DNA of 19,106 nucleotides from Methanotrichaceae archaeon (GTDB lineage: Archaea > Halobacteriota > Methanosarcinia > Methanotrichales > Methanotrichaceae), in the NCBI GenBank assembly GCA_963803145.1, contig CAWDLW010000048.1:1-19106 (forward strand), read 5' to 3'. A program made the position numbers and the translations under genes. Below are positions 1 through 7,630 of the stretch, one piece after another. The notes below the pieces were generated by a model that worked only from the letters and a program-made list of their open reading frames with translations, did not search any database and was not told where the DNA came from. The stretch's first letter is position 1. Each line of letters starts with the position of its first letter.

Positions 1-32
1 ATATCAAATGATACTAAAGAAGGATGTTAAGT

Positions 33-487
33 ATGTCTATAAGAATTGATGGAGTATTTCAACAAGTAGCCCAGAATCGGCACTCGGAAAGCATATTGCA
101 CAAGGGCAAAAGATGGAAAGGTCTATGTGGCCGTTTTTGGCTCACCTCATAGGCACCAAGAGCCCAGAAGACAGTCGTTATGGCCATGGGCAGAAACCGC
201 AACTCGGCCAACCTTCAAGATACTCCGAAGGCGTGTAACATTATCATGGAACTGGCCCATGCGATTTCCGATTGGAAAGGGATCAGGGTCTATCTAAAGA
301 TGAAAGAGTGTGCAACTTCGGAGAAAAACGCCTCCTATGACCAAAAAGCGAGTCTGCCAACGTTATCTGGCCAAAGAGGCTGCAAAGACCACCACATGTC
401 CGTAGGTGTTACATTAAGCAGGAAGGTGAGGTGATAAAGGATTCTACATCTGGTCACTTTGGGCAGGGCTGGGAGAAATCAATTTAA
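33..487 (+). pseudogene. Pyridoxamine 5'-phosphate oxidase-like (FMN-binding split barrel) protein, broken by several frameshifts and a TAG
   Basis: Fragments in different frames read MS/KELMEYFNK*PRIGT, KDGKVYVAVFGSPH, KTVVMAMGRNRNSANLQDTPKACNIIME..ISDWKGIRVYLKMKECATS (ORF 180-434) and FGQGWEKSI* (stop 485-487). These match my recollection of ~150-aa PNPOx-like proteins of methanogens. TAG at 67-69. The breaks may be sequencing error. Confidence 0.65.
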
Positions 488-489
488 TC

Positions 490-1505
490 AACTTGCCTTT
501 AGGGCTGCCGCCTGCATTGAAAAGACGCACCTGCAAGGGCGCACCTACTACAATATTCGTAAAATAAGTTATGATCCTCCAAACCAGCACCATAACCCCT
601 AAAGATAGCCTGGAGCAAACATAGATATAGGTAGCTCATACTGAGTTCTCACAACTCCGCTGCTTCCCGGTGTAAGAGGAATTCCAGCGAGAAGGACTAC
701 GATAAGCTGCGAGGCTATAGAAAAAGAAAGCTCGGATTGTAACCGAGACCTATTAGAAGGACTGAAGGCACAGTAAACTCCACAATCCAAACTAGGAAAG
801 TGAGCGCCAGCATTGCCGGTATTTGGGCCGTGGCACAGTTGGCGAGCTGTAGTTCAGCCTCCCTGAATGTCTATATCTCTCGTTCCATAAAATCAATTAT
901 GTTTCCGCCGCCAAATCTCCTTCTAAGCCAGGTCATCAGACCCTCTATATCTCAGGCACGTTCAGGAGTGCCCAAAGGACTATCAGGGTGAAAATGAATA
1001 TCGCCAGGAATACTGCGCTTACCTGCAGTCCAAAGCCTCTGGTAAAATCTGATAAGGCTAGAAGGATGAGGAGGCAGGCGAGAAAAAAGAAGCTATCAAG
1101 AAGCCGCTCAGCTATGATTACTGCAGTTCCGCAGCCGCAGCTAACGCCTCCATCGTTAAGTACCTTTACTCTCATGGGTTCTCCTCCTGCTGATGCAGGG
1201 GTTATTGCCGATAGAAAGTTTGATGCCAATGTGGCCTTGAGAGCTATCCCAAAGCTGACTTTGGTTGTCACCAGCGATGTTAAATATTGAAGCCGTATCG
1301 CCCAAAATATCCAGAAAAGAATATGTAGCCCTATGGCGAGGATGACGAATCTCAAATCTGCCTTGGCGATAGCAGCCAGCGTCGCAGTGCTGCTTGTGTA
1401 TCTCAGCACTGCAGCTATGGTTACAATGCTTATTGCTATCGATATTATCATCGCCCATATTCTCTTATTTTTCAGGTCTAAGGCCATTCGGCGTACCACT
1501 TCCAA
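490..1505 (-). pseudogene. UPF0104 / lysylphosphatidylglycerol synthase TM (flippase-like) membrane protein; 3' half disrupted
   Basis: ORF 945-1505 has FLSAITPASAGGEP and ERLLD motifs. Reading continues in shifted frames: IEGLMTWLRRRFGGG..EREI*TFRE..LTFLVWIVEFTVPSVLLIGLG, then SIASQLIVVLLAGIPLTPGSSGVV, ELSMSYLY, and LGVMVLVWRIITYFTNIVVG. There are about five frameshifts plus a TAG at 871-873. The 3' boundary is approximate, and the start may be ATG 1487. Confidence 0.8.
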
Positions 1506-1646
1506 AATCAGGAGGTCAAAGATAGTCTAGAAAATAATTTGTGCTATGTAGATAAAAAACTGGTGATATTTCATTGCTATCGCTTAGCATTACCGATTGC
1601 TTTAGATTCGGATCTTAAGATATTGCTAATAGGCCATTTTCTTTAT

Positions 1647-1813
1647 GTGGCTTCCTCCTCAACCCCAATAGGGACTGGGCTTCCTGCTTCAAAGAGTCAG
1701 TTGTCCGATCTCTCAACGGGCTCTACATCTCAGCTAGAGAGTAATAGTCGATTGCAAAGTATACAGCATTCATCCTGCCCCCTGAAGGGAGCGGGTCTTC
1801 TCTAACTAACTCG
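1647..1813 (-). mobile_element. Non-autonomous IS200/IS605-family miniature element (PATE-like) with left-end hairpin, tnpB 3'/omegaRNA-like tail and right end
   Basis: Minus strand reads AGAGAAGACCCGCTCCCTTCAGGGGGCAGGATGAAT (hairpin 1774-1795), then GAGCCCGTTGAGAG..TCTTTGAAGCAGGAAGCCCAGTCCCTATTGGGGTTGAGGAGGAAGCCAC (hairpin 1658-1679, ending CCAC versus canonical TCAC). No tnpA/tnpB ORF inside. Left boundary approximate. Confidence 0.7.
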
Positions 1814-1984
1814 ACTGTGCCACCCACAGCAATATTTGCTATTTGTTCTGTGACTTTTTGGGCGAAATCACTGCAATTATAACCGAGATATAGTCAGCAA
1901 TAAATATAAAAAAGCATTTATAGTTGAACGCTAAGGAGATTATCTATCGCTAAGGATACAATTAGTATATAAGGAGCTAAGAGA

Positions 1985-2992
1985 TTGATAAAAGTCTCCC
2001 TACTTATAATCTTGATCTTAATGCTGAATCTGGCAGGCGGTTCAGAATATGCTTTTGGATCAAAGGTTCTATCAACAGATGCAGACATAGGGAGACCGCT
2101 TAGCGATATGCCTCCGGGAACAACTATTATTGAATATTGGGATACAGGAGCCCCTGGGTATGATGAAAATGATGTGGTGTATCTCCACATAGCTCCTCCC
2201 GACTGCAATACGGTATATGCCAATGATGTGCGGCTAGCATCGTTTGGAGAATATCCTGCTGGATCAAAGGTAACATCCCAAGATAAGGATATTGGAATGC
2301 CTCTAACTCTGCTGCCTGCAATAATTAACTATCTAAATTTGAATGGCAGTCGAGCATACGATCTTGAAGATCCAGTATATGTACATCAGATTGATTGTGG
2401 TTATGGCGATATAGAAACGTCTGCGGCTATAGGGGGCGAGTATCAGGAAAGGCTTCCATATTTTGGCAGCAAAAATCCCTTTGTCAGGGCAAATTGTGTT
2501 ACTTTTACTGACGGCTATAAATTATTGGTCTCAGATCAATTAGACGAAAGTATTCCTGAAGTAGTTGGCAGTTGGCGAGGCCGGAACATTGAACTAGTTC
2601 AAGGCCTCGAAAATGATTATTATCATGTCCTTTATACATGGCTTGTGAAAATAGCCCAAAGCGACATGAGCACTAATGGACCTTCAGTTATTGATGCCAT
2701 CTATGCAAACCAATTTATTCACACCAATGATATTAGATTAAGCTCGGTCGAAGGGCTGACTGCAGGAACAAAAGTAGTGGATTTTGATATCGATCAAAAT
2801 AAATTGGTTTCACTGCCACCATTGTTGAGCTTCCCTATACAGGCAACAAGTAAGGCAAGGATTAGGTACTTTGACATAAATGGCAATGGGGTGTATGATT
2901 ATCCAGATGATGTATACTTAGATTTCCCAGAAGGAGCATTCATGAATTCTGTACTGGTAAACGATGTGAGACTTTCTGGCCCCATACAATAA
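1985..2992 (+). CDS. Secreted three-repeat protein with DxNGNGxYD-type acidic loops; candidate MspA-like sheath protein, with a ~100-aa insertion
   Basis: N-terminal signal peptide and AAGGAG RBS before TTG. Three repeats of G(S/T)KV..D.D...L / Y..xxG..YD..D.VY(L/V) / ND(V/I)RL. Clear paralog of 3201-3965. Confidence 0.8.
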   Translation: MIKVSLLIILILMLNLAGGSEYAFGSKVLSTDADIGRPLSDMPPGTTIIEYWDTGAPGYDENDVVYLHIAPPDCNTVYANDVRLASFGEYPAGSKVTSQDKDIGMPLTLLPAIINYLNLNGSRAYDLEDPVYVHQIDCGYGDIETSAAIGGEYQERLPYFGSKNPFVRANCVTFTDGYKLLVSDQLDESIPEVVGSWRGRNIELVQGLENDYYHVLYTWLVKIAQSDMSTNGPSVIDAIYANQFIHTNDIRLSSVEGLTAGTKVVDFDIDQNKLVSLPPLLSFPIQATSKARIRYFDINGNGVYDYPDDVYLDFPEGAFMNSVLVNDVRLSGPIQ

Positions 2993-3200
2993 GATGCCGT
3001 TAGTATTTCCCATCAACTGTCCTTCTAATCTATTTCATTCAGGTCTTATCGATAATCAATAACATAAGATATGCCATATACTTTACAATATAAATCTTAG
3101 TGCAAATACTGGAGAAGGGATTTGCAATATAAAAATAAAAAAATCTATTTATACTATGATCATTGTACTAATCATAATAATCTATTGAGGTGGATTGTTG

Positions 3201-3965
3201 ATGAGAGTATATACAAAAGCTGCCCTGCTGGCAGTTAGTTCATTGTTTTTAATTCTAAGCGCAGCCAGCGCCTCTGAATATGCTTTTGGAACGAAAGTCC
3301 TGCCAACTGATACAGACGTAGGAAAGCCTCTCTTTGCTATGCCATGTGGAACCGCCATTTCCTTCTGGGATACTGGGGTGGTTCCAGGGTACGATGAGGA
3401 TGATGTAGTTTATTTGCATACCACACCAGCTACTACTGTGAGCGCCAACGACATTAGACTTACACCTTTTGGAGTATATCCTGCAGGATCGAAAGTAACG
3501 CCCTTTGATAAGGATATCGGAATGCCTATAATTCCTTTGCCTGCATCGATTCGCTATCTGAATATCTATGGCAGCGTATATTATGATTTGGATGATCCTG
3601 TATACATTCATCAAAATCTGCCCTGTTCAAATCCGCCTAGTGTATTTGAGACCATCACCAACGATATCAGATTAACCGAAGTACAGGGACTGATGGCAGG
3701 AACAAAGGTAAAGGATTTTGATCCAGATCACAACAAATTGTTTGGCACGAACCCAACGAATTTGGCGCCTATTGGGTTCTTCGATGTAAATGGCAATGGG
3801 GTATATGACTATCCTGATGACGTCTACCTGAATTACCCGTTTGGCGTGAAACCTGGCAGTGTGACAGTAAACAATGTAAGACTTTCTGGACCCATATGCC
3901 CTCCGATGATTACTCCAGCAGGGCCAAATACTCCTACAGGAGCTTACGACCTTTCGAAGAGATAA
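3201..3965 (+). CDS. Secreted three-repeat protein, paralog of the upstream gene; candidate MspA-like sheath protein
   Basis: GAGGTGG RBS at 3187-3193 precedes ATG 3201 (ORF track starts at TTG 3195). Signal peptide ends ASA. Same three repeats, including FDVNGNGVYDYPDDVYL. Pro/Thr-rich tail. Confidence 0.82.
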   Translation: MRVYTKAALLAVSSLFLILSAASASEYAFGTKVLPTDTDVGKPLFAMPCGTAISFWDTGVVPGYDEDDVVYLHTTPATTVSANDIRLTPFGVYPAGSKVTPFDKDIGMPIIPLPASIRYLNIYGSVYYDLDDPVYIHQNLPCSNPPSVFETITNDIRLTEVQGLMAGTKVKDFDPDHNKLFGTNPTNLAPIGFFDVNGNGVYDYPDDVYLNYPFGVKPGSVTVNNVRLSGPICPPMITPAGPNTPTGAYDLSKR

Positions 3966-3998
3966 GGGTTGAAGTAATAATTCCGAAAGTGGTTTCGA

Positions 3999-4024
3999 TG
4001 GCTGAATAGCCAGATATTCAGCCA
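3999..4024. terminator. Perfect 10-bp hairpin downstream of the repeat-protein gene (possible terminator or stability element)
   Basis: TGGCTGAATA-gccaga-TATTCAGCCA, lying between convergent genes. Confidence 0.45.
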
Positions 4025-4248
4025 AAATCCATTTAACCCGACCTCCATTTCATTCAGGCACTTATACTGAGATCATCTTGTCTTTGGAAGGATAATGCAA
4101 GATCGAGATGATCCTCAGATAGTGCAGTCCCTTCATACCAGATTTGATATACTAGATAATGATATAAAGCAATAATTGTGCTACGCTGAGCCTTCCGACT
4201 ATCCATATATCCATATTTTCGGCGCTAAATATCTCTACCCCCAATTGC

Positions 4249-5271
4249 TTATTTGTACCAATCCAGGCTCTCATCTACATATTTGATGAAGGACATGAAG
4301 AACTCTTTAGCCTCACCGCTCATACCTGTAAGAGATATCAGCCTTTGTGCCTCTTTCGCATGATCCCTGGATATAGACTTTGCAGTATCAAGAGCGCCAC
4401 AATCTCTTATCAAATTCTGTACAACCTCAACATCAGTATGCGGCTTGCCTATCAGCGATGCCAGGCGATTATCTTTCTCAAGGGCAATGACGATGTGCAG
4501 CGGCTTCTTCCTCTTAGAGATATCTCCGCAAGGCTCTCTTCCATATTGCTCCTTTGAGGCGAAGGTATCAATGATATCATCCTGGATATCGAATGCATAA
4601 CCTATATGCTCGGCAGCGCCTGCCAATGTGCTTTTATCATTCTCGGGAGATGAGGCAAGTATAGCACCTGTAAGCATTGATGCCTTGAAAAGCGATGATG
4701 CCCTCTTGCTTGCCATGACATTCCATTCATCAATGCTCGGCCTCTTGTGCTCAAAAAGCTGATCAAGGATCTGGCTTTCGTTTACGGCCGCATACTCAGA
4801 GGAGAATAGACTTATGGCCTCGATGAGCTTATCAGGTTCGAAGCCTGATTGGAGGACCGCCTTGAGTGAAAGGGCATAAAGCATGTTGCCTGCGAAAAGC
4901 GCAGTGCCTGTGCCAAATTTTTCCCCATAGTTCCTTCCGAATATTTTATGGAGCGTCTCCCTCCCTCGCCTCAGGTCTTCGACATCAACGATATCGTCAT
5001 GAACGAGTATGCTGTGCCTGTAAAGCTCAACGCCTGAGCATGCCCTGATTATTCTATCATCAATCCGCCCGGTGTATCCCTTATAAACTATCAGTGTGCT
5101 GCAGGAAGCAAGACGCCGTCCTTCCCTGAGCACGAATTCTTGTATCGTATCATATACATCTGCCATAAATGGGTGATATTCCCTGCTCTCATTCACGGCA
5201 AGCTCCAACTGACTTTTAAGATCATCCTCAATAAGCAATCCAAAGTCATCAAGTATGTCTTCGTAGTTCAT
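4249..5271 (-). CDS. trans-Polyprenyl diphosphate synthase (IdsA/GGPP/GFPP synthase family)
   Basis: FARM VHDDIVD..LRRG, SARM FDIQDDIID, ESQILD and GDISKRKK motifs; 340 aa. Confidence 0.9.
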   Translation of the reverse strand: MNYEDILDDFGLLIEDDLKSQLELAVNESREYHPFMADVYDTIQEFVLREGRRLASCSTLIVYKGYTGRIDDRIIRACSGVELYRHSILVHDDIVDVEDLRRGRETLHKIFGRNYGEKFGTGTALFAGNMLYALSLKAVLQSGFEPDKLIEAISLFSSEYAAVNESQILDQLFEHKRPSIDEWNVMASKRASSLFKASMLTGAILASSPENDKSTLAGAAEHIGYAFDIQDDIIDTFASKEQYGREPCGDISKRKKPLHIVIALEKDNRLASLIGKPHTDVEVVQNLIRDCGALDTAKSISRDHAKEAQRLISLTGMSGEAKEFFMSFIKYVDESLDWYK

Positions 5272-5344
5272 TGATCAGCCTCACGCGTCAATGCTATTAT
5301 TAATACAATTATCTTTCCCTGGAATTGGCCTACATAGTTTTAAG

Positions 5345-5821
5345 TCAATAATAAATCGCTATTAACATCAACAAAGTAGAAAATATCACATATAGCGCTC
5401 CAGGTATAAAGTGGGCCCAAAAGTCCGGGCGAATTTTGCGTGAATTATCCAACTGTATCAGTTCTTCATCACCAAAAAACGATTCGGGGTAGCTATGTAG
5501 AAATGCTTCGTATATTCTGAAATAGCCAAATTCAAAAAACGAGCTGAGACTTATTAAAATAATATTTGAGATGCCGCCAATTGTCATATCAAATCTAACA
5601 TTAACAGATCCAAGTAGGACAAATAAGACTCCAAAATGTGACACCGGTATCACGAACAAAATGAGCCATGCAGCCAGCAAACGCTTAATGTTATGAGGTT
5701 TTCCTTTCCAGGCGTTGTATGTGTCCCACGGCTTATACATTTCATTCGATCGATCTATTATCAGACCAAAATAAATTGCGAAGAATAATATAAATACTTC
5801 TTGTGGTTCGTTGAGGGGCAT
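5345..5821 (-). CDS. Hypothetical membrane protein (about 4 TM segments)
   Basis: 158-aa ORF with ATG start and several hydrophobic helices; co-oriented with neighbours. Confidence 0.7.
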   Translation of the reverse strand: MPLNEPQEVFILFFAIYFGLIIDRSNEMYKPWDTYNAWKGKPHNIKRLLAAWLILFVIPVSHFGVLFVLLGSVNVRFDMTIGGISNIILISLSSFFEFGYFRIYEAFLHSYPESFFGDEELIQLDNSRKIRPDFWAHFIPGALYVIFSTLLMLIAIYY

Positions 5822-5840
5822 ATTCTACCTATTTTTAGAT

Positions 5841-5933
5841 CTAATCCAGGCTCAAAGCACCAAGAAGCTTGATGAAAGTCCTGTTGCTGTACTCCTCGAA
5901 GGTAATACGTAGCTCATTCCTCATATTCATCAC
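5841..5933 (-). pseudogene. C-terminal remnant of a pirin-family gene
   Basis: Translates VMNMRNELRITFEEYSNRTFIK(LLGALSLD*), resembling the pirin C-terminus as I recall it (GPIVMNTxxELRxAFEEYxxGTFIK). Begins 13 bp after the ygiD stop. Confidence 0.6.
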
Positions 5934-5946
5934 ACCCCCTTTGCTC

Positions 5947-6726
5947 TTAGCCGATTTGAACTGCAAGCATTGAAATCGTACCTCCATCTATGCCCTTTAC
6001 AGGAAAACTGATCTTCTCGCCTCTTTTTCGACAACCTATGACATAAAGCAGAGGCAGATAGTGATCCGGCGTGGGAACGGAAAGCAATGCGTCATCACCC
6101 AAGTTCTCATAGTTGATTAGGGGACCATAATCCTCAGCAAGTAGCAATTCTTGCACTTGTTTCTCAAACCGAATTGCCCAATCATAGGGCTTTGCGAGCG
6201 GCTGGCTCCAGGCATAGGCACGCAGATTATGCACAACGTTACCGCTTCCGATAATAAGGATACCTTCATCTCGTAACGGCGCTAGCTTTTTGCCGATTTC
6301 GTAGTGGAACGATGCTGGTTTAGTATGATTGATGCTAAGCTGCACTACAGGGATATCAGCCTTGGGATATACATGACAGAGCACTGACCAAGTTCCATGA
6401 TCCAAACCCCATTGATCATCAAGATTCACTGAGTGCGGAGAAAGCAAAGATCTAATAGTGTCTGCCAGGGCTGGATCTCCTGGAGCAGGATACTTAACCT
6501 CATAAAGCTCCTGGGGAAATCCGCCGAAGTCGTGGATCGTTCTAGGTGTCTGCATTGCAGTTATGGCAGTTCCAGCGATGTACCAATGTGCGGAAATGGA
6601 TAGCACTGCTTTCGGCCGGGGGATGCCTGTTCCTATGGCAGCCCATGCCTTTGTGTAAGTATTAGTCTGCAATGCATTCATTGGATTTCCATGTCCAAGG
6701 AAAATAGCTGGCATAGTTTCTGTCAT
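5947..6726 (-). CDS. ygiD: 4,5-DOPA dioxygenase extradiol (YgiD/LigB family)
   Basis: FLGHGNPMN, SISAHW, TIHDFGGFP, WGLDHGTWSVL, GSGNVVHNL and PTPDHYLPL motifs. Confidence 0.92.
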   Translation of the reverse strand: MTETMPAIFLGHGNPMNALQTNTYTKAWAAIGTGIPRPKAVLSISAHWYIAGTAITAMQTPRTIHDFGGFPQELYEVKYPAPGDPALADTIRSLLSPHSVNLDDQWGLDHGTWSVLCHVYPKADIPVVQLSINHTKPASFHYEIGKKLAPLRDEGILIIGSGNVVHNLRAYAWSQPLAKPYDWAIRFEKQVQELLLAEDYGPLINYENLGDDALLSVPTPDHYLPLLYVIGCRKRGEKISFPVKGIDGGTISMLAVQIG

Positions 6727-6815
6727 TTTTCTTTAACCTCGCAATTGAATGAAGATGGCAGACTTACCAGACATCCTGATCAAATCATACCTATTCAGTT
6801 CTCTCTTTCTTGTTC

Positions 6816-7517
6816 TTATCTTTCAATATGGCTGCCGTCGCAAAACGGTTTGTTCTGTGATCTTCCGCATCTGCAGAGGGTGACCCTGTTACGGATCTCG
6901 TACGGTTTGCCATCTGCGGATTCAACTTGGATGCCTCCGCGCACCCAGAGCGGCCCGTGCTCACCCCTAGGAGGATATTCGATAACAACAATGGACTTAT
7001 CGAATTCGGGCTCTATCACCTTCCCGCTTTCATTGTCAGTGATCACCAGCCGGCCTGATGGGCAATTGCATGCTTCTTCTATGGCAGTGTTCCTAGCTTC
7101 CTGATCATCTGATTCTTCCACGAGGTTCCAGATCCCGCCAGCTCGCATGCAGAATCTGGCGTGGACGCAAAGGTGCCTATTATCAGCCAATGTCAACGCA
7201 GGACCGCGGATCACTCCCGCCCCTTTATCAAAGGGCTCGTGATCTCCTGCCTCGGTTCCGTCAAACTGAATCTTTGCGTGAGTACCGTCGCAGAAGGGTT
7301 TGTTCTTCGATTGGCCGCACCGGCAAAGAGCATACTTCTCCTGCACGGGAAATATCTTCACCTCTCGCCATGTCCGACAGTAGCCTTCATCATCATTGCA
7401 GATCTCTGAGATAGTAAGGGGGACTTTGCCGGTGACGATATATGGGCCATTCTTGCTAACGGTAATCTTCACGGAGCTATCCTGGGCTCCTGGTGGGGGT
7501 TTCATTTTTTCTGTCAT
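6816..7517 (-). CDS. CDGSH iron-sulfur protein with two CDGSH domains flanking a divergent ferredoxin-like domain
   Basis: LCRCGQSKNKPFCDGTH and LCRCGRSQNKPFCDGSH motifs; central CVHARFC...CPSG; AGGAGG upstream. Confidence 0.92.
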   Translation of the reverse strand: MTEKMKPPPGAQDSSVKITVSKNGPYIVTGKVPLTISEICNDDEGYCRTWREVKIFPVQEKYALCRCGQSKNKPFCDGTHAKIQFDGTEAGDHEPFDKGAGVIRGPALTLADNRHLCVHARFCMRAGGIWNLVEESDDQEARNTAIEEACNCPSGRLVITDNESGKVIEPEFDKSIVVIEYPPRGEHGPLWVRGGIQVESADGKPYEIRNRVTLCRCGRSQNKPFCDGSHIER

Positions 7518-7630
7518 AATTTATCATATCCTCCTTTGAGATACTGAATGCAGGTTCATATATGTTGGTCTCTTCAGACCTTTTTTACATCAAGCCAATC
7601 TGTTTCATCCGCTCAATCGTCTTTCCTCGA

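Noticed and set aside
67-873. In-frame TAG codons (67-69 and 871-873) as pyrrolysine read-through
   Set aside because: Both genes also carry multiple frameshifts, they are not methylamine methyltransferases, and no pyl genes are in view. Error or decay is the simpler explanation.
1539-1805. 88-aa plus-strand ORF
   Set aside because: It runs across the IS-derived element and promoter DNA, has a GTG/TTG-type start, and shows no recognisable motif.
4054-4206. 50-codon minus-strand ORF (MDSRKAQ...) in the intergenic gap
   Set aside because: No RBS or recognisable motif; the length is compatible with chance.
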